Below are positions 35,115 through 43,959 of a DNA stretch of 64,000 bases, one piece after another. A program made the position numbers and the translations under genes. This stretch comes from Flammeovirgaceae bacterium. GTDB lineage: Bacteria; Bacteroidota; Bacteroidia; Cytophagales; Cyclobacteriaceae. The stretch covers positions 36,940 through 100,939 of the forward strand of contig JAIYCV010000006.1 of assembly GCA_027487845.1 (NCBI GenBank). Direction: 5' to 3'. The notes under the pieces were generated by a model. It had not been told where the DNA came from. It saw only the letters and a list, made by a program, of their open reading frames with translations, and did not search any database. The stretch's first letter is position 1, and every line of letters starts with the position of its first letter.

Positions 35115-36074
35115 ATGAAAATAAGGACATTTTTACGAACCGTACTTTTTGTGTTTTTCGTGCTACCCTTGTTGATCATCGCCTGTAAAACGAAATCAAC
35201 AACCGAGAGCAAATCCACGGAAGATGCCCTCAAACTTAACCTCTCGCTTGCGCAGTGGTCTGTTCACCGCGCATTGGATAGCGGAACTTTACGTGCCGAA
35301 GATTTTGCCTCGATTGCAAAAAATGAATTTGGAATAGACGCCATTGAATATGTTAACTCGTTTTATAAAGACCATGCATCGGATAAATCGTTTTGGCAAA
35401 AAATGCGCGCTACTGCCGATTCGCTGGATGTAAAAAGTCTGCTGATTATGGTCGATGGCGAAGGTGACCTCGGCAACCCTAGTGCAGAGGAACGAAAAAA
35501 ATCCGTGGAAAATCATTATAAATGGGTAGATGCCGCCAGTATTCTTGGCTGCCATTCGATCCGTATCAATGCATTTGGCGAGGGCACGAAAGAGGAAGTC
35601 CAACAGGCAATGATTGCTGCCTTGAAACAGTTGTGCACCTATGCAGCAAAAAGCAATATCAATGTGTTGATTGAAAACCATGGACTTTATAGCTCGGATG
35701 GTAAATGGATTGCAGAAATTATGCGACAAGTGAATATGGCTAATTGTGGCACTCTTCCTGATTTTGGTAATTGGTGCACTACCGCTAAGTGGGGAAGTAC
35801 GCAAGATGGAAAAGATTGCAAGGAAGTATATGATCGATATGTAGGTATTTCTGATATGTTGCCTTTTGCTAGGGGTGTGAGCGCAAAATCGTATGCGTTC
35901 AATGAGCAAGGCGATGAAACAATTATTGACTATGGGAAAATGTTGAAAATGGTAAAGGACGCAAAGTTTAGTGGCTATGTAGGTATTGAATATGAGGGAT
36001 CACAATTAAATGAGTTTGCAGGAATACGGGCAACAAAGAAGTTATTGGAAGAATCTTGGAAAGAAGTAAATTAA
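35115..36074 (+). CDS. Sugar phosphate isomerase/epimerase (xylose isomerase-like TIM barrel), lipoprotein
   Basis: LIIAC lipobox, SLAQWS, LIMVDGEGDLG, ENHG, GTLPDFGN, SAKS and GIEYEG. Confidence 0.88.
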   Translation: MKIRTFLRTVLFVFFVLPLLIIACKTKSTTESKSTEDALKLNLSLAQWSVHRALDSGTLRAEDFASIAKNEFGIDAIEYVNSFYKDHASDKSFWQKMRATADSLDVKSLLIMVDGEGDLGNPSAEERKKSVENHYKWVDAASILGCHSIRINAFGEGTKEEVQQAMIAALKQLCTYAAKSNINVLIENHGLYSSDGKWIAEIMRQVNMANCGTLPDFGNWCTTAKWGSTQDGKDCKEVYDRYVGISDMLPFARGVSAKSYAFNEQGDETIIDYGKMLKMVKDAKFSGYVGIEYEGSQLNEFAGIRATKKLLEESWKEVN

Positions 36075-36098
36075 AATTTTAACGCACACGAACCCACC

Positions 36099-36458
36099 AT
36101 GCTCACTGATATTCATCCAAAACTACCGATGCGTGACAAAGCCGTTACGCGCGATTTTTATTTGAACAAACTTCAATTCCAAGAATTTGGGAGTGCTGAT
36201 TTTGACGGCTACCTCATGGTTCAAAAAGATAACATACAAATTCACTTTTTCGAGTTTAAGCAAATCGATCCGAAAGAAAATTATGGACAGATTTACATTC
36301 GCACCAATAACATTGATGCGTGGTATCAATTGGTACTTGATAAAAAATTGGCTATGCCAAAAGGGGTGCGTCTGGAAATCAAGCCTTGGGGACAGAAGGA
36401 ATTTTCACTTCTTGATCCTGATAATAATTTGCTTACGTTTGGCCAGAGTGAGATGTAA
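36099..36458 (+). CDS. VOC/bleomycin-resistance family protein
   Basis: IHPKLPMRD...FY, IHFF, YIRTNNIDAWY and KPWGQKEFSLLDPDNNLLTFGQ. Confidence 0.88.
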   Translation: MLTDIHPKLPMRDKAVTRDFYLNKLQFQEFGSADFDGYLMVQKDNIQIHFFEFKQIDPKENYGQIYIRTNNIDAWYQLVLDKKLAMPKGVRLEIKPWGQKEFSLLDPDNNLLTFGQSEM

Positions 36459-36569
36459 AAAAAATTATTGGCCTTTGCTTTTACTTTAGGCAGATACTTT
36501 TATTCGGACAAACCCCAACCGGATAGTAGGTTTCGATTATGGCGTTGAGAAAATAACTGATAACATAAT

Positions 36570-37193
36570 CTACTGATCAATTTCCTCGCTGCCTACCTTT
36601 TCGATTTCTTCTAGCTTAAAAACGAAAATACTTCCATCTTTCATTTCAATCTTAACACTTGTTTTAAGGTCAGTCTCGATTATCTTCCCTCTCACTTTGC
36701 CACCGTTCTTCAGATAAACTACATCAATTTTTTCCTTTACCTTATTTTGGCAGCCTTCGTATTTCACGATATACTGATAGCTCTTATAATTCTGTTTTAC
36801 TATGCTAGGGTCGTTAACATCTGGTTTCCACAACGCCCCATCTGCCAAATCGACTATAAGACCGTAGGGAATAAATATAGTGCTAGAAGTAAAAGTAAAG
36901 ATGGTTCCAGCGCAAGCCCACCCCCTGAAAGTTCTTGAATTAAAAGAAAAAGTTTGATCTTCGCACCCTTTTTGTTTTACTACAAAAGAAAATTTATTTG
37001 CATTTTGACGCCTATTATAAATGGTGGCATTTCCCCGGCCAACAAATCGGCTATTGTAAAAAATATCGGCATCAGGCCCACCATTTACTAGCACATTCGC
37101 CCTATAACGAGAACCGCCAACTATGGTAGCACAACTGGAAAAAATGAAAGAGCAAAACAAGGAAAGTAAAAGGTAGGGTAGATTTTTTTTCAT
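36570..37193 (-). CDS. Hypothetical lipoprotein
   Basis: Lipobox FSSC followed by ATIVGG; C-terminal DVVYLKNGGKVRGKIIE module. Confidence 0.75.
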   Translation of the reverse strand: MKKNLPYLLLSLFCSFIFSSCATIVGGSRYRANVLVNGGPDADIFYNSRFVGRGNATIYNRRQNANKFSFVVKQKGCEDQTFSFNSRTFRGWACAGTIFTFTSSTIFIPYGLIVDLADGALWKPDVNDPSIVKQNYKSYQYIVKYEGCQNKVKEKIDVVYLKNGGKVRGKIIETDLKTSVKIEMKDGSIFVFKLEEIEKVGSEEIDQ

Positions 37194-37562
37194 CTGTTAA
37201 TAATTGTTTTTTAGTTGCCACATTGCTTGTCCCGTCTTAGCGGGGGAATCGCTGAGATTGTAATGCCGATGTGTGTAGAGCATCTTATTGGCGATTTTAT
37301 GAGTTGTTGGACGTTAAAATAAGTTACTTAAACTAAAGGTCAATGATTCGTTTATTCTTTTCAAGTATATCATCGTTTTTTTTTTTACTCTCTATGGTTT
37401 ACACGTTAGGTTCTTCAATTTTAGCAGGTGCGTTAGGTGGCAGGTTGTACTAAAAGGCTTAGCAAGCAAACAGCATTGACACCATTTTTCTTTTTTATTT
37501 CCCATCGAAATTGAATACTTTGCTTCCCTTTTCTCAAAAAAAAGCAACAAAGAACAAGAAAG

Positions 37563-38534
37563 ATGGACGTTACGCCTGATCTGATTACTATTAATAAACT
37601 TCAATTTCATTATTGGTTAAGCGATAAAACCCACTCGATGGATGCATTGGTTTATAATAAGTGCGAACGAGAAGTGCTTGAAATTGCTAGGATGGTAGCG
37701 AAGTTATGTGGAGTATCCGTTTCGATGGAGACCGAGCCATCGGGAAAAGGGGGGTTAAAAAGTTGGCTTACGCTTACCGCAAAGTCTCCCAAAAAAACTA
37801 GCCAAGAAAAAATTGCGCTGCTAAATGTACTAGTTGCAGCCTCAATAGTGTCAGGAGGCAATGTGCAATCTGGGCCACCTCTTACTAATGTTATCGATAA
37901 CTTGTTTGCCGATCAAAACGTTGACGCTGGGCAACAGGGTTTGGGGTTCGAACAAATAGAGAGATTAAAGGGTGATGCAGTTAGCATGCTTTCACAGATT
38001 GAGCAAAATGGTGCCATTAAAAAAAGGCGCAGTAACTTCTACCAACTAGTAAGTAAATACCATAGGGTGAAAGGCATATCGGTAGTGATAACGGATACTG
38101 CAAAAAAACCAATAACGAAAGAGCAATTAATAACCAGAGACAGATTCAACGCCTTTAAAGTTAGTTCGGGCTCCACGCTAACGTACATTTTAGAAAGTGC
38201 TGTTGTAGATATTATCTCTCCAGTATTGGTAACGGGCAAGCACAAGTGGAAGGGAATTTATAATAACAAGTCGATTTCATTTACAATGAAATCAGACGAG
38301 TTTCTGTCAATGGTTCAATCGGGTAAGGTGGAGTTTAAGAGTGGCTCCAGCATTAATTGCCGACTGGAAGTAGAAAAGAAAATAAACAGTGCTGGAATTG
38401 AAAAAGTCACTGGCTACAACATTATTGGGGTGGCGAGCTATTCCGAAAACGGAAAAACTACTGAAACGCCTGAAACAAAGCAGAAACAAAAAGAGAATGT
38501 TGTCAACAAAAAGCAACTGGATTTATTTGCTTAG
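37563..38534 (+). CDS. Hypothetical protein (323 aa), possible C-terminal OB-fold-like domain
   Basis: ORF track only. No family recognised with confidence. Confidence 0.7.
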   Translation: MDVTPDLITINKLQFHYWLSDKTHSMDALVYNKCEREVLEIARMVAKLCGVSVSMETEPSGKGGLKSWLTLTAKSPKKTSQEKIALLNVLVAASIVSGGNVQSGPPLTNVIDNLFADQNVDAGQQGLGFEQIERLKGDAVSMLSQIEQNGAIKKRRSNFYQLVSKYHRVKGISVVITDTAKKPITKEQLITRDRFNAFKVSSGSTLTYILESAVVDIISPVLVTGKHKWKGIYNNKSISFTMKSDEFLSMVQSGKVEFKSGSSINCRLEVEKKINSAGIEKVTGYNIIGVASYSENGKTTETPETKQKQKENVVNKKQLDLFA

Positions 38535-38559
38535 GAAGGTGACTTCCACGTTAAAAGTG

Positions 38560-39291
38560 CTATTTCAGACTAGCAGGTTTAAACTCCTCGGCCTTTATTT
38601 CAGCATTTAGTTTGATATCTTTTACCGTAACCTCAAGCACAGTTTGATCTCCCGACTTTGTCAGCATCTTAAAAGGAAATGTAACATTGTCAACCTTTCG
38701 GTAATCGCTAAAATAGGTGTGTAGTAAAGCTCCTTGTAATTCTTCATTTTTTGCAACTGACGTTTTTAGATACAATGAACAATTAGCGGTATCGAAGTAA
38801 TACGTTTCAATTTCCCCAGTTTGTTTTAGTAGCCTTACTTTGTAAAAATCCTTGTCCGCAAATCTTTCTGTGCCTTCGTATTTTAGTTGATGACGCTTGA
38901 CTTTATAGTTAATGAACGGGCTTTCCAGCATTACATCTGCTTCGTTTGCCATTGCCAAAGCAGCTTTACCTGTTAGCAAAGTCGGTTTTGTCTCATTCTT
39001 AAAAGCATCTATTTTCCATCCAATTTCTCCATCAAAGCCCTGTGCATAAAACTTGTTGTTGAAGGGCACGATAAACTTATAAAAGTGAGGTGCTTTTGCA
39101 TACGTGGTAAAAGGAAAAGAAACACCTCCATAATCATATTCCCCAGAACTGATCAGACTCTTTATTTTTATCCAGTTTTTTTCTCTCCCAATAAAACGAA
39201 TATAAGTGTTTATGATTTGTTCTGAGGTTTGCGCGCCCGCACGTAAATTGAGTATTAGGAGAAACAGTAGAATCGATATTTTCATGAGCAA
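38560..39291 (-). CDS. Exported LolA-like/outer-membrane lipoprotein-sorting family protein
   Basis: Signal peptide; QGFDGEIGW, YYFDTANC and YFSDYRKVDNVTFPF patterns. Confidence 0.7.
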   Translation of the reverse strand: MLMKISILLFLLILNLRAGAQTSEQIINTYIRFIGREKNWIKIKSLISSGEYDYGGVSFPFTTYAKAPHFYKFIVPFNNKFYAQGFDGEIGWKIDAFKNETKPTLLTGKAALAMANEADVMLESPFINYKVKRHQLKYEGTERFADKDFYKVRLLKQTGEIETYYFDTANCSLYLKTSVAKNEELQGALLHTYFSDYRKVDNVTFPFKMLTKSGDQTVLEVTVKDIKLNAEIKAEEFKPASLK

Positions 39292-39506
39292 GTAGTTAAT
39301 TTATTAGCGTAACACAATAACCCGGTATAATTTGTTTCAATGAGCTTGGTGCATATTTTCGATACATAAAAGTCATATTGACGGGGTGTATGCATACTTA
39401 CCTTTAGAGGTTCTTCTAAAGATGGCTACCAAATTTAAATTTAGTTTTAAAAAACGGAAATTTCAGTCATTTTAACCACTATCTTCGCTTTGAAAGTACA
39501 TTCATT

Positions 39507-40244
39507 ATGGAAAAGATGTGTTTGGTTTTTATGCCTTTTGGCGACCCAATCGGTTATGCTGCGGGTCATTTCAACAGAATTTTTGATTATATTATCATTC
39601 CCGCTTGTCGAGCGGCAAATGTTAACCCCGTCCGCGTGGATATTAATAGCGAAACAGTTAAAAGCGTTATCTCCGCAAATATGGTGCTATGTGATTTAAG
39701 TTCGGCAAACACCGATGTGCGATACGCCTTCGCACTACGGCAAGCGCTTGACCTTCCGCTCGCTTTGATAAAAGACACAAAGACCGCAGTCGATTACACG
39801 CTTATGGAATTTTCGATAGCTGAATATGATGAGTCGCTTAGAATAGATATGGTTCAGCAAGCCATCGATTCGGTAAGCTATGCGTTGAGGGCTGGCGATA
39901 GGGGAGAGGCATCCTTATTGAAAAAACTCAACATAGGAGGTGATTACCTACCATCGGCATCGGCCAGCTATACAAGTTCTTTTGTCTATACCGAATCTGT
40001 TCAAGAGCCTGTTATAGTTGCGCCACCCATCATCTATCCAGATTTTGTTGGAGACGCGCTTACCGAAAGAGACATAGAGAAGTTGAAAGCGGGCGATCCG
40101 CTCTATCATACTACCCACGGGAAAGGTGTTATTGTGACTATAAAAATTATGGCGCAAGATAAGATGGCCAACGTGCAGTTCGAAAACGGGGTCAAGCTGC
40201 TGGTACTGGGTACCTCTGGCATTTTTAGGAAAATTATCGAATAA
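39507..40244 (+). CDS. Degenerate nucleoside 2-deoxyribosyltransferase-like domain fused to a PcrA/UvrD-type C-terminal Tudor-like domain
   Basis: CLVFMPFG...IIIPAC...PVRVD...VLCDLSSANTDVRYAFALR. C-terminal LKAGDPLYHTTHGKGVIV...ANVQFENGVKLL. Confidence 0.65.
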   Translation: MEKMCLVFMPFGDPIGYAAGHFNRIFDYIIIPACRAANVNPVRVDINSETVKSVISANMVLCDLSSANTDVRYAFALRQALDLPLALIKDTKTAVDYTLMEFSIAEYDESLRIDMVQQAIDSVSYALRAGDRGEASLLKKLNIGGDYLPSASASYTSSFVYTESVQEPVIVAPPIIYPDFVGDALTERDIEKLKAGDPLYHTTHGKGVIVTIKIMAQDKMANVQFENGVKLLVLGTSGIFRKIIE

Positions 40245-40270
40245 CGAATTTCAGACATTATTAAAATAAA

Positions 40271-40297
40271 AAAGGCTGCCGTTAGTTGGCAGCCTTT
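40271..40297. terminator. Bidirectional intrinsic terminator
   Basis: AAAGGCTGCC-GTTAGTT-GGCAGCCTTT between convergent genes, with A- and T-rich flanks. Confidence 0.85.
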
Positions 40298-40303
40298 CTT
40301 ATT

Positions 40304-40927
40304 TTAAACGTATTGTTCGCTGATGTCCTTTAGACACTGTTTTATATTCTTTGCTTTGATAGGCTCACCCACGGAGATGAAATCCCAGCCGGAGTTGGTT
40401 CGTACAAATTTCCCAAGTACCATCGAAACATATCCTTTAAAAGTACTATCCATTGCTACTTTGAACGAAGCAAGTTCTTCCAGATCAGCCGTGTTAGATG
40501 CATCGATAATGCTAATATTTGCATAGGGAATCGTTTCGAAGTCCTGCTGGGCATATGAGTTCAAATAGAATACTACCTGATCAATTGCCGGATTGATCGT
40601 TCGAAAATTGACATGGATGGTTTCATTGTCAGTACCATCATCTCCGTTTCGATCACCTTCTCTATCATCGCCTGAATGTATAACAGCTTTATCATTGCTA
40701 GTAAGTTTATGGTAGTAAACGTTATCTACCAATTGTTTTTTGCTAAAGAGAGCCACTGAACTATCAAGATCGACTGCTTTGGTATTGAATGTGATTCCAA
40801 AAAATTGAATCTTGATAGAGCCCCAATTTATACCTACTCTCACTTGCGAAATCGCCCGACCTTTTTTTTCTAACGAGATACTTGAACCTTTCACTAGGTT
40901 AATACCATTTCTTTTAATCAAATTCAT
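40304..40927 (-). CDS. TerD-family stress protein
   Basis: INLVKGSSISL, VGINWG, DLDSS, HSGDDREGD...DNETI.V and LGKFVR...WDF..VG. Confidence 0.9.
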   Translation of the reverse strand: MNLIKRNGINLVKGSSISLEKKGRAISQVRVGINWGSIKIQFFGITFNTKAVDLDSSVALFSKKQLVDNVYYHKLTSNDKAVIHSGDDREGDRNGDDGTDNETIHVNFRTINPAIDQVVFYLNSYAQQDFETIPYANISIIDASNTADLEELASFKVAMDSTFKGYVSMVLGKFVRTNSGWDFISVGEPIKAKNIKQCLKDISEQYV

Positions 40928-40995
40928 AACTTTTTATAGATTTAAATTTCCTTGTCTAACGCCTAACTTCCACCGCTCAACGCACATGACCTTTA

Positions 40996-41556
40996 TTATA
41001 TATATCGGTCTACTAAGCCTTGTAACCCAACGTTGGTTGCTTCACCTATTGCGATAAACTCCCAGTTAACCGAATCAGCCCTTCTTAGTTTTCCAAATAG
41101 CACTTCGGTAGCGAACGAAGCTTCTGCGTCTAAGTCGTAAATAGCTATTTCTTCTTTCTTATCCACATCCACCACTCTCACATAGGCGTCTTTTAACCTA
41201 CCGAAGTTATGACCGCGCGCAGTGGCCTCGTGTACTGTTACATATACCAATATCTCGTGGGCTTCGGGTTGAATTTGTTTTAAGTTAGCAAGTACTAACT
41301 CATCATCACCTTCGCCAACGCCAGAGCGGTTATCACCTTGATGCGCGATGCTTCCATCGGGGGTTCGTAGGTTATTATAGAAGATAAAATGTTGCTCAGA
41401 TAAAAGCTTGCCATTGGCTCCCAAAACAAACAAACAAGCATCAAGGTCTAGTGATTGGGATAATAATTCCCAACCTAAGCCGATATAGATCTTTGAAAGT
41501 TTCGGGTTGGCTTTGGTTAAATTAATTGAACCGCCTTTTCTTAAATTGATTGACAT
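40996..41556 (-). CDS. terD: TerD-family stress protein
   Basis: MSINLRKGGSINL, GLGW, DLDA, IFYNNL, HQGDNRSGVGEGDDE and WEFIAIGE. Confidence 0.9.
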   Translation of the reverse strand: MSINLRKGGSINLTKANPKLSKIYIGLGWELLSQSLDLDACLFVLGANGKLLSEQHFIFYNNLRTPDGSIAHQGDNRSGVGEGDDELVLANLKQIQPEAHEILVYVTVHEATARGHNFGRLKDAYVRVVDVDKKEEIAIYDLDAEASFATEVLFGKLRRADSVNWEFIAIGEATNVGLQGLVDRYI

Positions 41557-41599
41557 AGTTTTAAGTGTTTAAAATTATTTTTTATCTATTTTTTGTTTT

Positions 41600-42415
41600 T
41601 TACTTATCTCCAAAGAAATTTTTAAGCTTCTCTTCTTTAGGCGCCAGAATCTGTTTCACCTGTTTTAGGGGAACTGTTTGAGACGCCAGTTTTATACTTA
41701 GTGTCTCCATTTTTTTCTCTTCCAGCTTCTCTTTCTTTTTTTGTTCTTCATTTTGCATTTCCATTTTTAAAATATCTAGGTCGTTTGCTACTTGCACGTT
41801 AGATTCAAGTTGATCAAACTCTCTTTCCAATTGCTTTTGAGAAAAGAGCGATTCCTGCATGGCTTCGCTTTGGTCGGCCATTTCATTTATCTTGTCCTCA
41901 TAGCGTTGAAAGTTCGAGAGTGCGCCTGTGCCAATGCCTTGAAGTTGTTTCGCAATTTTGCCTTGAGCTTCCGCGTTTTTTGCTTTCGCCTCCAACACCG
42001 ACTGCTTCGCTTTCATCTCCTTCAGTTTAAATTGAAGTGAATCCAGATTTTGGCGCAGCGTCTTTATGTCCTTCTCCGACTTTTGGAAAATGGCTGTGTA
42101 TTCAGTCATCTTTTTGTCTTCGTTGGATTTCTCGATCAACGCTTTCTTGGCCAACTCTTCGTTGGCTTGACCAATTGCCATTTTTGCTTTTTGCTTCCAA
42201 TTCTCTGAAGCAAGCGTGGCTTGTTGTAACTCGCGGTCCCACTTTTTGTGATTGGCAAGTGCAATAGAGAATGCCTCTGTTGCATCATTGATAGCCTTCT
42301 CCAGTTCGGCTACTGCCAGCTTCGACATCTCGACTGGATTTTCTAACTGATCAACGGCAGTGTGCGCTTTTGCCTTGAAGATATTCGCAAGCCGTTGCAT
42401 GATTGATAACCACAT
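41600..42415 (-). CDS. pspA: PspA/IM30 family protein
   Basis: SIMQRLANIFKA......DQLENP.EM, AKMAIGQANEELAKKALIEK and a long coiled-coil. Confidence 0.88.
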   Translation of the reverse strand: MWLSIMQRLANIFKAKAHTAVDQLENPVEMSKLAVAELEKAINDATEAFSIALANHKKWDRELQQATLASENWKQKAKMAIGQANEELAKKALIEKSNEDKKMTEYTAIFQKSEKDIKTLRQNLDSLQFKLKEMKAKQSVLEAKAKNAEAQGKIAKQLQGIGTGALSNFQRYEDKINEMADQSEAMQESLFSQKQLEREFDQLESNVQVANDLDILKMEMQNEEQKKKEKLEEKKMETLSIKLASQTVPLKQVKQILAPKEEKLKNFFGDK

Positions 42416-42696
42416 AGTTTTTAGTTATTTGTTTTGTGCTATTATGCATCAAAACAGCAACCAAGTGCCAAATCAGGCAAAAAATGGGTTTTTGGCTATC
42501 GCAATTTCATCAAAGTGAGAAAGGAAATGCCTGAAAATGGAATTTCTAACGGAAACAAAAAGTGTTCCGATCTTGTGTGTTGAAACGATAACTAGTTGAT
42601 TATTAGCGAATAAAAATATTTATCTGGTCGATTGGTGACCAATAGGTGTTTGCTTCTTCAAGTAGTAGTATCGTGTGGACGGGCGTGGCAGTGAAA

Positions 42697-43665
42697 TCAA
42701 TTCGTTAAAACTGGTCTATTTATGATCGATTTTACCGCAGCTTCAATAATTTCGAAAGCACACTCTGCAGTTTTGTTTTGGTCGTCCAGAGTAGGGTTAA
42801 TCTCTGCAATTTCCCAACCACAAAGTCGTGGTTCTTTGCAAAGCTCTTCGTTCAACTCTTTGGCTTCCTGTAAGGTAAGGCCGTTGGCGATAGGTTTACC
42901 TACACCTGCGGATACTTTAGGATCTAGCGCATGGATATCAAAAGACACGTAGATTTGATCGCAATGATCTAACAACTTAATAGCTTCTTTTGCAATCTTG
43001 CCAGCACCTTTCTCACGAAGTTCTTCAACGGTAATGAAGCCCATGCCAAATTTGTTAACCAAGTAGTTTTCGGGTTTTTCCAATTCACGTACGGCAATGT
43101 AAACAATATCCTCAGGGTATATTTTAGCTCCGGGCATACCCACGTTCATAATTTGCTCCCAGTACTCGGCTGTGTCCCCGGAAGGGTTATTGACCTTGCA
43201 TTCAAAATTGTCGATATCGCAAGCCATTGCCAGTGCCATGCCATGCATATTTCCAGTAGACGTAGTGTACGGAGTGTTTAAATCAGCATGGGCATCAATC
43301 CAAATTACACCCAACCGTTTATCGGGATCTGCTTTCTTAATACCACAAATAGTACCATAGGAGGTGCTGTGATCACCTGAAATAATCAGCGGAAAGTTAT
43401 CCTCGTAAATTTGCTCGTATACTTCTAGGCATGTTCTTTCTTCCATCATTAAAACGCCATCAATAAATTTGGCGTCTTTATAGTCGGTGCCTCCAAAAAG
43501 AAGCTTGTTCACGTTTTCTACTTCCACCGAACCATGTTGGCGAAAGAAATCTGACTTCGCGTCTAAACTGGCGATTTTAATAGCCTCAACTCCAAGGCTG
43601 CTTCCGCGCGTTCCCGCTCCAATCTCTGATTTTACCTCAATGATTTTTATACTTTTTTCTTTCAT
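42697..43665 (-). CDS. Arginase-family protein (one metal ligand altered)
   Basis: GDHS, IWIDAHADLNT, GNMHGM and EINPTLD. The site SFDIHALDP replaces the usual SFDxDxxDP. Confidence 0.88.
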   Translation of the reverse strand: MKEKSIKIIEVKSEIGAGTRGSSLGVEAIKIASLDAKSDFFRQHGSVEVENVNKLLFGGTDYKDAKFIDGVLMMEERTCLEVYEQIYEDNFPLIISGDHSTSYGTICGIKKADPDKRLGVIWIDAHADLNTPYTTSTGNMHGMALAMACDIDNFECKVNNPSGDTAEYWEQIMNVGMPGAKIYPEDIVYIAVRELEKPENYLVNKFGMGFITVEELREKGAGKIAKEAIKLLDHCDQIYVSFDIHALDPKVSAGVGKPIANGLTLQEAKELNEELCKEPRLCGWEIAEINPTLDDQNKTAECAFEIIEAAVKSIINRPVLTN

Positions 43666-43959
43666 AAAAATTTATGATTAAGTTTTTGTTACTAAGAGTT
43701 GTTACGGTTTGCCGCGTGGGCGAGAAAAAGGACAATAAGTAGATGTCCTTCAGAAATCAGGCAAAGGATGAAATTTCGCGGGCTGTATAGCTAGAAAACG
43801 GCAATTCATATGTGTTGCAAAGATGGCAAATTTATCCCAATATTGCACCTTGTTTTTTAGTTGTTAGGGAGTCATTGCAGCGATTGTTTCTGCTTGCAGT
43901 TCGTAGCTCAGCGATTTCCTGATAACAGATCACAACAATGAAACATAACAAAATTCAGA

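Noticed and set aside
35289-35909. 206-aa minus-strand ORF
   Set aside because: It is antisense to a well-supported isomerase gene and has no recognisable motifs.
42456-42471. Possible sigma54 promoter for pspA (TTGGCACTTGGTTGC on the minus strand)
   Set aside because: The GG-to-GC spacing is 9 nt rather than the required 10. It is suggestive given pspA but not supportable.
43680-43950. Possible riboswitch or leader RNA between the arginase gene and speA
   Set aside because: Some complementary segments (CCGCG/CGCGG) are present, but I could not recognise a family consensus. An Infernal search would be needed.
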